A DNA stretch of 64,000 bases from assembly GCA_040752575.1 (NCBI GenBank), contig JBFMGK010000003.1, forward strand, positions 1 to 64,000. The letters are read 5' to 3'. Within the stretch, counting starts at the first letter, position 1, and every line of letters begins with the position of its first letter. The notes beneath the pieces were generated by a model. That model was not told where the DNA came from and did no database searches. It saw only the letters and a program-made list of their open reading frames with translations. This document shows, one piece after another, positions 41,011 through 53,766 of the stretch. The position numbers and the translations under genes are program-made. Source of the stretch: Candidatus Bipolaricaulota bacterium. Lineage in GTDB: Bacteria > Bipolaricaulota > Bipolaricaulia > UBA7950 > UBA9294.

Positions 41011-42304
41011 AGCGAACGCCCATCGCTTCGAGCTCTCCGAGGACGGGTTCGTAGATCTCCGGAAGCATCGGCACGTGCACACCGACAAGGTCGATCTCGC
41101 CGGCAAGAATCCGCCGCGCGGCGATCGCCGCAGGCAGACCGACAAGGCGCGACATCGACGTGTCGCCCTTCGGGATCCCGAAGTCGACCAGGGTCGAGAC
41201 GACCTTCTCCGACCGCCCCGGGTAGGTGACGGTGAACTCGTGCTGCATGACGAGCATGTCACGTTCTCCGGGCGCGTACTGCATCCTCTCCAGCATGCGC
41301 GACGCGAGGACGTCTAGGTAGGTTGTCGCCGTTCGCGGCAGGGCGTCGTCGCTCACAAGTCCAAGCCAAACGAGATCCGTGACCGGCTTCGCACCCGTCG
41401 TCAATCCGAGGCGTGCGGCGAGGTCGGCGGCCGTCGCCGGACCCGGGAGCCCGAGAAGGCGACCCGTGAGGCGAGCGAAGGTCATCCCGGCAAGATCGCC
41501 TCGCTCCGTCTCGTCGAGCCAACCGAGGTCGGCGATCGCCTTCAGCGTATCGCACCATCCAGGGTAGCGGAGGGTGCCGCGGAACATGCTCTTGACCGAG
41601 GAGATTCCGTAGCTCTCGATGTACGGCAGGGAGTCTCGATTCGGGTAGACCTCGAGGTCGCCGAACCCGACGATCGGGCACGGGGCGTGATGGGCGAACA
41701 GCTCGGGCCCAGGGACGCTGACGACTTTTCCCTCGCGAAGATACCGTGCCGGGTTCTTGCCGGCCATCACCACCCCGCGCGGCGCCCACGAGAACTTGTA
41801 CCCCATAGGATTCGTGTTCGCCTCGGGCGCGGGAATCCCTCCGGTGTTTGAGGTGAACCCAACGAGCGTGCCTCCGTCGTCGCGCACGCGATCGATGATC
41901 TTCATCGCCGACATATGGTCGATGCCGGGGTCGACGCCGATCTCGTTCAGGAGAAGGACGCCGCGCTCTCGCGCCGCCGCGTCCAGCGCGCGCATCGCGT
42001 CCTTCACGTACGACGTGGTCACCATGTGCTTGCCGTGTTTGACACAAAGCCGCGCCACGAGCGGATGATAGGCATAAGGAAGCAGGCTGATCGAGAGATC
42101 GTGACGAGACACGAGGGCTTCAAGTGCGGATTCGTCGTCGACGTCGAGGGCCACCGCGCGACCTTGCGTCGCGCCGCCGATGAGTCGGGCGGCCTTGTCG
42201 ACGGTGCGCGTCGCCACCGTGACTCGCGTGTCCTTCACGGCAAGGAGATAGCGAACCAGCGGTCCGGCCACGAGGCCGGCGCCTAGAACGAGAATCGTCT
42301 GCAT
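40985..42304 (-). CDS. Saccharopine dehydrogenase (Lys9/SDH-type)
   Basis: LGAGLV, SLLPY..H, VTTSY, NEIGVDPGIDHM, YKFSWAP, RGTLRY, SMSRLVG. Confidence 0.93.
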   Translation of the reverse strand: MQTILVLGAGLVAGPLVRYLLAVKDTRVTVATRTVDKAARLIGGATQGRAVALDVDDESALEALVSRHDLSISLLPYAYHPLVARLCVKHGKHMVTTSYVKDAMRALDAAARERGVLLLNEIGVDPGIDHMSAMKIIDRVRDDGGTLVGFTSNTGGIPAPEANTNPMGYKFSWAPRGVVMAGKNPARYLREGKVVSVPGPELFAHHAPCPIVGFGDLEVYPNRDSLPYIESYGISSVKSMFRGTLRYPGWCDTLKAIADLGWLDETERGDLAGMTFARLTGRLLGLPGPATAADLAARLGLTTGAKPVTDLVWLGLVSDDALPRTATTYLDVLASRMLERMQYAPGERDMLVMQHEFTVTYPGRSEKVVSTLVDFGIPKGDTSMSRLVGLPAAIAARRILAGEIDLVGVHVPMLPEIYEPVLGELEAMGVRFRESTTRL

Positions 42305-42327
42305 GAGGTCTCCTCCTCGGTCGGCCG

Positions 42328-43638
42328 TCAGGCCGAGTTGAGATGCTGCTCCAGGTGGGCGTAGTCGGGCGCCAACTCGCCGCGATAGGCGATCACAGCC
42401 CGTTTGAGTTCGAGAGGAAGATCGAGGGCGTCGAGGCCGACCGAGAAGTCTGCCGTGGCGAGGGCCGGAACGAATCGCTTGAGGACGGCGCTGAAGTAGA
42501 TCGAAGCTTCGCGGGGCAGTTCGCTGGGAAGGATCTCGACCGCCATGACCACGGGACCGCGCCCCTCGACTCCGGTCGAGGTCGTTCCTGTGTCGGGATG
42601 GTAGACGTAGACGGGATCGTCGGGTTCCGTCGCCTTCACGGTGATCTCGACTCCGCCTTTGACGTCGCAGGAGATGTCGCCGATCGCGCGGAGTCTCGGC
42701 TGCCCGGTCGCAAACAGGTCTCGGATCGCCTGCCGTGTGACGAGCCGCGGGTACTTCGGCTCCCAATAGATGCAGTTCACCAGGACGTGGAGATAGGGAA
42801 GGTAGCGAGCGAAACGGCCCGCGTAACGCTCGGGATGGCGGCGGTACTCCTCGAGGTCAAAAGCCATCCCGTCGCTAAGCGGCCGAACGGTATCCTCCTC
42901 GCGGAACACGACCTTGACGATCGGCGTCGCACCAGGACTCTCGGCCGCGGCCGGCAAATCCCGAGGCGAAACCTCGCGAGAGGGCAATAGGTCCAAGATC
43001 TCCTGGGCCCCGCGGGAGACGTTCCCGTAGCCCGCAATGCCGATGACGAGCGGGGAGATCGCGGAAGGAAGTCCCTCGGCCCGAAGCCGATCGCCCACGG
43101 CGCGCAAGTGGGCCTTGGCAGCGTCCAGCGAGGGGTACGCGGAGGCTTGCCGGACCTCTTCGAGCGGCGTCGAGAGACCCTCGATCGACAGTCTCGTACC
43201 GAGAGCCCAGAGCGTGTCGATCATCCCCGCGAGCCCTGCGTAGTTGCCGAAGAAGACCAGGCGGCGGCCGGCTTCGTCGACGATGCGCTCGTAGTCGATG
43301 ATCGTCGACCCCTGCTCAAGGATCCGCTGCAACATGGGCATGTTGTACGGCTGACCCTTGATCGTGTGCGAGAAGAAGACGTAGACCTTCTCGGGCTGAA
43401 GCGCCTCGATCGGGATCTCTTTGAGGCCCAGGATGACCGGGCAATCGCACAGGTCGTCCTGGACGAGGAGTCCGCATCGGCGGTAGTCGTCGTCCGAGTA
43501 GACGCGCCGATCCGAGGATTGCACGACAAACGAGAGACCCTTGCCCGCGACAAGATCGCGGAGATCGTCCGGGACCAACGGCGTGCGTCGCTCCCACGCG
43601 TAGAGATCCTCTCGCCGAATGCCGATTCGATTGACCAT
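42328..43638 (-). CDS. Lysine-ketoglutarate reductase-like protein (LKR domain, AlaDh/PNT fold)
   Basis: GIRRED..WERRTPL, FFSHTIKGQPYNMPML, IDYE, RLVFFG, GNVSRGAQE, NCIYW, DISCD, LPSELP. Confidence 0.9.
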   Translation of the reverse strand: MVNRIGIRREDLYAWERRTPLVPDDLRDLVAGKGLSFVVQSSDRRVYSDDDYRRCGLLVQDDLCDCPVILGLKEIPIEALQPEKVYVFFSHTIKGQPYNMPMLQRILEQGSTIIDYERIVDEAGRRLVFFGNYAGLAGMIDTLWALGTRLSIEGLSTPLEEVRQASAYPSLDAAKAHLRAVGDRLRAEGLPSAISPLVIGIAGYGNVSRGAQEILDLLPSREVSPRDLPAAAESPGATPIVKVVFREEDTVRPLSDGMAFDLEEYRRHPERYAGRFARYLPYLHVLVNCIYWEPKYPRLVTRQAIRDLFATGQPRLRAIGDISCDVKGGVEITVKATEPDDPVYVYHPDTGTTSTGVEGRGPVVMAVEILPSELPREASIYFSAVLKRFVPALATADFSVGLDALDLPLELKRAVIAYRGELAPDYAHLEQHLNSA

Positions 43639-43753
43639 TCGACGTTTCCCTTCCACGTTCGCGCGAACGTGCGTCCCAAAGCCCGGTCAGTATAACGCAC
43701 AGCCCGCACGAGCGCACGGAATCTCCCAATGGAAGGACACATTCCGGCAGAAC

Positions 43754-44527
43754 CTAGCGTCCCGACCACACCTCGAACGCCCGCCGCCCTTCGGCGCGCA
43801 GGAAGGCCCAGGCGACCAGCGCTCTGGTGTCGTGATGGAACGTCTCTCCCAGGCTGTCCAACCAGGTGTCGAGGCTTCGGACGAGGTCGGCCATCGCGTC
43901 GGTTGCGGGAGCGGTGAACGCGGCGTCCGTGGCGTCGAGAAGCGAGGCGGGCACGCCGAGATGCCGAAGCTCCTGCTCGCTCCAGTGATGCGTCGAGGGC
44001 CAGGAAGAAGCGGCCAAGAAAAGCGTCTTCACGAGCGCTGCGAGCGCGTCTGCGTAAAGAAGCCGAAGGTTGAGAGCCCCGCCACGCTCGCGGGTCTTGC
44101 GGGCTCTTCCCAAGGCAAAGCGGAACTCGAGGTAATGAACGCGCAAGCGGTCAAAGCGAAGGAGCGGCGGGAGTTCGGCGAGCGCGGCAACGACGCGCTC
44201 GATCCGTCCTTCGGGATCGTGGAGGATCCTCGCGTGCTGGTACGGATAGTGGAACAGGTCCTGTGTCGAACGCGTGAGTCCCACGAACTCAGACCAAGGC
44301 CTAAGGTAGATCTCGTAGTCGACAACGCGTGGATTCCCCTCGCGCATCGTGAACGCGTGTCGCTCGGCATCGGTCGTCATCTCATAGGCACGATCCTCAA
44401 GGATCACTTCGATGTCGAGGTCGGAGAGGCCATCGGTCTGCGGGCGCGTCGACGAGCCGACAAGATAGGCCCCGACGACATCCTCGCGCTCGGCGTAGGG
44501 ACGTATCAGCGTGATCGCGCGCTCCAC
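43754..44527 (-). CDS. DNA-pol-beta-superfamily nucleotidyltransferase domain protein
   Basis: GAYLVGSS...SDLDIEV (GS..DxD), ILHDPEG, helical C-terminal half. Confidence 0.8.
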   Translation of the reverse strand: MERAITLIRPYAEREDVVGAYLVGSSTRPQTDGLSDLDIEVILEDRAYEMTTDAERHAFTMREGNPRVVDYEIYLRPWSEFVGLTRSTQDLFHYPYQHARILHDPEGRIERVVAALAELPPLLRFDRLRVHYLEFRFALGRARKTRERGGALNLRLLYADALAALVKTLFLAASSWPSTHHWSEQELRHLGVPASLLDATDAAFTAPATDAMADLVRSLDTWLDSLGETFHHDTRALVAWAFLRAEGRRAFEVWSGR

Positions 44528-44579
44528 GAGTCTCGCCTCCTCGGAGCAGAAAGCAGCGCGCCGCAGTCAGGCTGCGGCG

Positions 44580-44655
44580 TGGTGGGTGGTACAGGGCTCG
44601 AACCTGTGACCTCATGCACGTCAAGCATGCGCTCTCCCAGCTGAGCTAACCACCC
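44580..44655 (-). tRNA. tRNA-Val(GAC)
   Basis: GGGTGGTTAGCTCAG...CTTGACGT...GGTTCGAGCCC...CCACCCACCA; CCA encoded. Confidence 0.96.
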
Positions 44656-44664
44656 AAGGTCAAG

Positions 44665-44736
44665 AGGCGGCGACCGGATTCGAACCGGTGAATCAGGGAT
44701 TTGCAGTCCCTTGCCTTACCACTTGGCTACACCGCC
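44665..44736 (-). tRNA. tRNA-Cys(GCA)
   Basis: GGCGGTGTAGCCAAGTGGTAAGGC...CTGCAAA...GGTTCGAATCC...CGCCGCCT; CCA not encoded. Confidence 0.95.
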
Positions 44737-44866
44737 GACGCTCGGAGTATACGAACTCGCTCCAAGTGGGTCAATTCGCGGGTTCCCGCGCGCAGACCGG
44801 AGACGGTTGTCGTTGTCTCACTTATCCTGTAAGATCGTACAACCCTTGTTCACTAAGGAGGATGCC

Positions 44867-46687
44867 ATGCGTACCTCGGCTCTTCTCCCCCTCGGACTTG
44901 CCTTCCTCGGCCTCCTGTGCGCGGCGCCGGTCGCCATCGGAGCGTTGTCGGTCGAAGTCGAACAAGCGGCAACGCAGGCCGACCCGACGAACGGCGACGC
45001 CGTCGTCTTCCTGGTGACGTTCGACGAGCCGGTCTTCGGCTTCGCCGCCGACGACGTTGTTCTGAGTCTCGCCGCGACGGCAACGCGGGTCGAAGTTCTC
45101 CCCGGCGGCGGGACGGCATTCCGCCTCGACGTGACGGAGATCATCGGCGACGGCGTCCTCTGCGCTTCCGTCCCGGCAGGCGTCGCGCACGCCGTCGCCG
45201 ACGGCCGCCCGAACGACGCGTCGACGAGCCTCGATGCTTGCGTCACGATCGATCGCAGCCCGCCTCAGGCGCCGACGACGAGCCTCCCCGAGAACGGCAC
45301 CGCAACGTCGGACCTGTCGCCCAAGCTGTCGTGGGATGCACCGGACGACGCCACGGGCATCAAGAACTACCGGGTCGTGATCGAGGGGCCCACGCCGCGT
45401 GACACGTATGTGACAAAGACGTCCTACACACCGACCCTGACCGAGGGCGTCTATGCCTGGCGCGTCAACTGCCGAGATCGAGCCGGCAACACAAGCGTCT
45501 GGTCAGAGACGACGACGTTCACCGTGGATGCGACCCCTCCAACTTCGTTGACCCTTCTTGCCGCCACCCCTTCGCCCGGAGAGTGGTCCTCGGCCAACGC
45601 CATCGACCTCTCCGTCCTCCCGTCCGAAGATACGCTCTCGGGACTGGCGGGGTACTGCTGTGCGTGCGAACGGTCGCCGGACTGGACGCCGTCGGCAGTT
45701 CCCAACAGAAGCGAAGATTGGGCCGGCGAGTCGTTCGTCGTCCCGTTGGACGGCGAGTGGTGGGTCCACGCCTGCGCGGTGGATCGAGCCGGAAACCTCG
45801 GCCCTGTTTTCACCAGCGGGCCGTTCGGCGTAGACCGAACCCCTCCGTCTCTGACCTCCCACATCCTCCATCTCCCGAATGACCCTGGGAAACCCTACGC
45901 CACGCTCGGCGACGTCGACCTCGCCGTCGTCGACAATCTGGATCCGCATCCGTCGGTGGCCTGCGCGCTGGTTCGGGGAACTCAGCTCCCCTTCGGAGAC
46001 ACGATCTCCGAAGTCACGGCCCGCGACCGCGCGGGCAACGAGGCGGTCGGAGCGTTCAGGGTCTGCGTCGTCAACACAGAGCCGCCCCGTGTGGACATCG
46101 TCGAGCCCCGAGCGGGCGCGGAGTTCGCCCTCGGCGAGGCGGTCACGCCGACGTGGACCGTCGCGTCGCTCGCCCCCGTCGTCTCGCTGCGAACCCGAGG
46201 ACTACAGGAACAGATGCTCGACACCCGAGTCCCGGGGCGGAAGACGTTCTCGGTGTCCGTCACCGACTCTACCGGGCTGTCCTCGTCGGCCCAGGTGCAG
46301 TACGTCGTGCGCTACGCGTGCCGCGACGTCGAGATCCTGCGCGTTGGGCCCGACGGGTCGGAGGACGTCCTCGCAACGCGTCCCCAGGTGAGCGCCGCCT
46401 CGGCCATCCCGCCTCGTCTGCGTTCGGCGGAGTGGCTCCGGGTCCGTTGCGCCGTGGATGATGGACTCGTCGGGCCGGCTCGTGGGGCGATTACGTATTC
46501 TCTCGTCCGCGCCGACCCAGACCGCCCCCTTGCGCCGATCTTGGAGAGGATCGGCGTCTTGGCCGACGACGGCGTGAGGTTCACGCTGGACTTGCCGCTC
46601 ATCGTCTTCCGACCCGGTGAGTACACCTTGTGGCTCGGGTTTGTCGACGGGACGAGCGAGAGCTTCGCGTTCGAGCTCTTCCGATAG
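44867..46687 (+). CDS. Exported multi-domain Ig-like/FN3/HYR protein
   Basis: AAGGAGG RBS, signal peptide, VTFDEPV, repeated DRAGN and D.TPP boundaries. Confidence 0.8.
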   Translation: MRTSALLPLGLAFLGLLCAAPVAIGALSVEVEQAATQADPTNGDAVVFLVTFDEPVFGFAADDVVLSLAATATRVEVLPGGGTAFRLDVTEIIGDGVLCASVPAGVAHAVADGRPNDASTSLDACVTIDRSPPQAPTTSLPENGTATSDLSPKLSWDAPDDATGIKNYRVVIEGPTPRDTYVTKTSYTPTLTEGVYAWRVNCRDRAGNTSVWSETTTFTVDATPPTSLTLLAATPSPGEWSSANAIDLSVLPSEDTLSGLAGYCCACERSPDWTPSAVPNRSEDWAGESFVVPLDGEWWVHACAVDRAGNLGPVFTSGPFGVDRTPPSLTSHILHLPNDPGKPYATLGDVDLAVVDNLDPHPSVACALVRGTQLPFGDTISEVTARDRAGNEAVGAFRVCVVNTEPPRVDIVEPRAGAEFALGEAVTPTWTVASLAPVVSLRTRGLQEQMLDTRVPGRKTFSVSVTDSTGLSSSAQVQYVVRYACRDVEILRVGPDGSEDVLATRPQVSAASAIPPRLRSAEWLRVRCAVDDGLVGPARGAITYSLVRADPDRPLAPILERIGVLADDGVRFTLDLPLIVFRPGEYTLWLGFVDGTSESFAFELFR

Positions 46688-46699
46688 GTCGCGCCTCTC

Positions 46700-48990
<2,291 letters not shown>

Positions 48991-48992
48991 CC

Positions 48993-50500
<1,508 letters not shown>

Positions 50501-50504
<4 letters not shown>

Positions 50505-51043
50505 CCTTCCCCTCCCTCGCCCAGAGCGACCCGCAACCGCTCGAGCGACGCGCGCACGGACCCATCGAGAACGCGCCCCATGGTCTCGACGCGAACTCCG
50601 GCAATGAGGCTCCTATCGACGCGTTCGCTCATCCGCACGGGCCGTCCGAGGGACTTCTCCAGCCGGTCCTTGAGGCGCGAACGCTCGTCCTCGTCGAGGG
50701 CCCGCGCAGTGGCTATCACGACGGGCACAAGGCCCGCACGTTCCGCGGAAACCGCAGCGAACTCCTCGGCTACGATCTCGATGAGTCGTTCGCGCCCGTT
50801 CTGAACCAACAAAGCGAGCGCACGAGCCGTCGGCGTCGCCACGTCCGGAAACGCTTGCCGAAGGAACTGCTGCTTGGCTTCCCGCGACACGAGGGGGTGC
50901 TCCATCCACCGGCGCAAACGAGGCACATCGCGGAGGGTGGCGCAGACTTCGTCAAGGTTACCCGTGATTCGAAGCGCCCCGTCGTCCTCGGCTGCCGCGT
51001 AGAGCGCCTCGGCATAGCGGCGGGCGATCTCGCGCGGGGTCAT
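50501..51043 (-). CDS. atpH: F1 ATP synthase delta subunit
   Basis: [22 protein letters not shown]; position in operon. Confidence 0.93.
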
Positions 51044-51564
51044 CGTTTCTCGGCTCCGAGCGTTGCTTCGTCCAGTTCCTCGACCAGACGATCGAGGAAA
51101 CGACGGTGATCCTCGGCGCGCACCTCGCGATCGAGCACGGTCCGCGCACCGAGGAGGGCGATGTCCGCGACGCGCGCGCGAAGCTCGCGGATCATTTCGT
51201 CGCGCTCCTTCTCGAGGTCTCTCCGCGCCCCCTCAACAATCCGCGCCGCCTCTTCCTTTGCCCGCGTCTTGCTCTCCTCGATTGTCGCCTCGGCGTGGGC
51301 TTGCGCGTCGTCGATCATCTTCGCGGCGCGCTCGCGCGCCTCGCGGAACTCCCGCTCCCGCTCCGCGACAAGCTCGGCAGCCCGTGCCTCGTTGACCCTT
51401 GCGCTCTCCATCTCGGCGGCAATCCGCTCCCGTCGGCGATCGAGGTACTTCATCGCCGGTTTGAACAGCCAGCGATTGAGGAAGTACATAAGGATCGCGA
51501 AATTCGCGAGTTGCAGGATGAGGCCTACGTTGAGCTCGAGGATCTTGCCCCACTCGATGGTCAC
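51040..51564 (-). CDS. atpF: Fo ATP synthase subunit b
   Basis: QLANFAIL...LFKP...RRERI then coiled coil; GTG start. Confidence 0.93.
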   Translation of the reverse strand: MTIEWGKILELNVGLILQLANFAILMYFLNRWLFKPAMKYLDRRRERIAAEMESARVNEARAAELVAEREREFREARERAAKMIDDAQAHAEATIEESKTRAKEEAARIVEGARRDLEKERDEMIRELRARVADIALLGARTVLDREVRAEDHRRFLDRLVEELDEATLGAEKR

Positions 51565-51575
51565 GGCATCTCCCT

Positions 51576-51851
51576 CTAGGCCACGAAGATCAGGACAATC
51601 GCGATCAGGAGCGAGTAGATGCCGGTTGTCTCGGTCACCGCACAGCCGATGAGCATCGTGCGGAAAAGCGATCCCTGAAGCTCCGGCTGGCGGGCGATCC
51701 CGTCGAGCGCGTGGCCCACGGCATAGCCTTCGCCGATGGCAGGGCCGATGGCGCCGATCCCCATGCACAACCCCGCTCCGAGGAACTTCGCCGCCTGAAT
51801 GAGATCCGCTCCGCTGATCCCGCCGACGGCGGTCTGCGCGTCTTGCAGCAT
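51576..51851 (-). CDS. atpE: Fo ATP synthase subunit c (Na+-type signature)
   Basis: GIGAIGPAIGEG, ARQPE, ETTGIY. Confidence 0.96.
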   Translation of the reverse strand: MLQDAQTAVGGISGADLIQAAKFLGAGLCMGIGAIGPAIGEGYAVGHALDGIARQPELQGSLFRTMLIGCAVTETTGIYSLLIAIVLIFVA

Positions 51852-51860
51852 GAGCCCTCC

Positions 51861-52577
51861 TTACCCTTCAACCGCCATGTTGATGTACGTGACGGCCAAT
51901 ACGGAAAAGACAAACGCCTGGATGAACCCGGAGAACAGCCCGAACACCGCATTGAGCGCCGCCGGAACCGCGATCGGAACCAACACCGCCGTGACGACGG
52001 TAACAAGGACCGTTCCAGCGAAAACGTTCCCGAACAGACGAAACGAGTGCGAGATCGGCTTGGCGATCTCCCCGATCAGGTTGAGCGGCAGCATGAACGG
52101 GTATGGATCGAGGAAGCCGCGCAGGTAGCGCCGCACACCCTTGATGCGAATGGCATAGGCGTGCGCAAGGATGAACACGAGGAGTGCCAGGCCAATCGTA
52201 ACGTTCGGGTTCGCGGTGGGAGACTCAAGGCCCGGAAGCACCGAGAGCCAGTTACAGACAAGCACATAGAGGAAGAGCGTGCCGATGAACGGGAACATCC
52301 TCGCGCCAAGGCCCGGGGAACTGAAGTTCGACGTGAGCTGGCCTTCGACCGCGGCAATTAGGGCATCCAGCGCCGCCTGCGCCCGGTTCGGCTTCTCTTC
52401 GATTGGCTGGCAGAGAGCCCGCCGTAAGAAGAACGCGAGAAGGAAGAGGATCCCCATGGCGATCCACGACATGATGAGCATCGTCCAATCAAACCGGATC
52501 TGCAGGCCCCAGATGTCGACCACGGCGACTTGCTTTTCGCCCAGGTGGTCCAGCGTCTTCGCGAGCTGCTCAAACAT
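51861..52577 (-). CDS. atpB: Fo ATP synthase subunit a
   Basis: SPTAN, KPISHSFRLFGN, IQAFVF..L...Y. Confidence 0.96.
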   Translation of the reverse strand: MFEQLAKTLDHLGEKQVAVVDIWGLQIRFDWTMLIMSWIAMGILFLLAFFLRRALCQPIEEKPNRAQAALDALIAAVEGQLTSNFSSPGLGARMFPFIGTLFLYVLVCNWLSVLPGLESPTANPNVTIGLALLVFILAHAYAIRIKGVRRYLRGFLDPYPFMLPLNLIGEIAKPISHSFRLFGNVFAGTVLVTVVTAVLVPIAVPAALNAVFGLFSGFIQAFVFSVLAVTYINMAVEG

Positions 52578-52951
52578 CAGGCTCCCGCCCCCCCGCGTGC
52601 GTTCGTCGCCACCGAGTGTACATGAGTCACCAACACGGCTCCACACGCACCCCAGAGCGCTTCACGAGACAGGAACACCGCCAAGAGGCCCAGACCCAAC
52701 CCCAGAAGGGCAAGCCGCCCAAGGTACGAGGCGGCGGCGGCCGCGCGAACCCGACGCCCCTCGCGTCGCAGCGAATCAAGGCTTTGGATCAACAGCCCGA
52801 CGTACGCAAGGTAGAGCAAGAAGCCGGCGACCACCCCGAGGGCGGCCTGGCCCCGTCCGGCTGCCGCGAGACCCGCGGCCGCTGCAAGGCAGAGGATGAG
52901 CGGCCTCACGACGTGAAACTCGCGCAGGCAAGCGGAGACAAACGCCATCAC
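52577..52951 (-). CDS. atpI: ATP synthase protein I-like membrane protein
   Basis: Hydrophobic ~124 aa ORF whose TGA overlaps the atpB ATG. Confidence 0.7.
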   Translation of the reverse strand: MMAFVSACLREFHVVRPLILCLAAAAGLAAAGRGQAALGVVAGFLLYLAYVGLLIQSLDSLRREGRRVRAAAAASYLGRLALLGLGLGLLAVFLSREALWGACGAVLVTHVHSVATNARGGAGA

Positions 52952-52962
52952 GAAGCAGACGC

Positions 52963-53520
52963 CTAAATCGTCTGGATCTGCTTGGTCTTCTGGTCGATCA
53001 AGTCGTCGATGGCCTTCGTGTACTCGTGAATCGAGGCATCGTTCTTCTCGCGGTGGCGTCGAAAGTCGTCTTCCGAGACGGAGCCGGCCTTCTTCATCTC
53101 TTCGAGCTTCTCGTTCGCCTCACGGCGGACATTGCGCAAGGCGACCTTGGCCTCTTCCGCCCTTGCCTTGATGACTTTGGTCAGCTCGCGGCGTCGCTCC
53201 TCGGACAGCTTGGGCACTTTGATCCGCACGACGTGGCCGTCGCTCATGGGGTTGAGCCCGAGATCGGAGGCGAGGATCGCCTTCTCCACCGCACCGATCT
53301 GCGTCTTGTCGAACGGCTGAACGACCAACAGATTCGGATCGGGGGCGGCGATCGAGGAGAGCTGCCGTAGGGGCATCCTCGTCCCGTAGTAGTCCACGAC
53401 AACGTCCTCCACCATGGCGGGGTTCGCTCGCCCAGTCTGGACCTTCGCGAGATGCTCCTTCAAGACGTCAACCGTCCGCTTCATATGCTCCAGCATCTCC
53501 GTTCGTACCTGTTCTGGCAT
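52963..53520 (-). CDS. frr: Ribosome recycling factor
   Basis: TGRANP, YYG, QPFD, DLGLNP, LSEERR, ALRNVRR. Confidence 0.96.
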   Translation of the reverse strand: MPEQVRTEMLEHMKRTVDVLKEHLAKVQTGRANPAMVEDVVVDYYGTRMPLRQLSSIAAPDPNLLVVQPFDKTQIGAVEKAILASDLGLNPMSDGHVVRIKVPKLSEERRRELTKVIKARAEEAKVALRNVRREANEKLEEMKKAGSVSEDDFRRHREKNDASIHEYTKAIDDLIDQKTKQIQTI

Positions 53521-53581
53521 ACGGCTCCCCTCGAGGCGGATCGTCGCGGCTCGTCGCCGCCCCTTACGCCGCCCCGACAGA

Positions 53582-53655
53582 TGGAGGCGAGCGGGTTCGA
53601 ACCGCCATCCTCCTGCTTGCAAAGCAGGCGCTCTCCCGATTAGAGCTACGCCCCC
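53582..53655 (-). tRNA. tRNA-Ala(TGC)
   Basis: GGGGGCGTAGCTC...TTTGCAAG...GGTTCGAACCC...CGCCTCCA; G3:U70 pair; CCA tail not encoded. Confidence 0.95.
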
Positions 53656-53766
53656 CGGGTAAACGTTGTTCTCTTCGTCAGTATACCGCGACGGATCTCT
53701 CAATCAACGAATCAGCGCCTCTTGGTGGCCGTCTCGGAGCGCGTTACGATCCGACAGAGGTCTCCG

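Noticed and set aside
44580..44736. tRNA-anchored integrative element
   Set aside because: No integrase and no duplicated tRNA 3' end found in the window.
53521..53703. N-terminal extension of frr in the ORF track
   Set aside because: It runs through tRNA-Ala; the real start is ATG 53520 behind GAGGGGAG.
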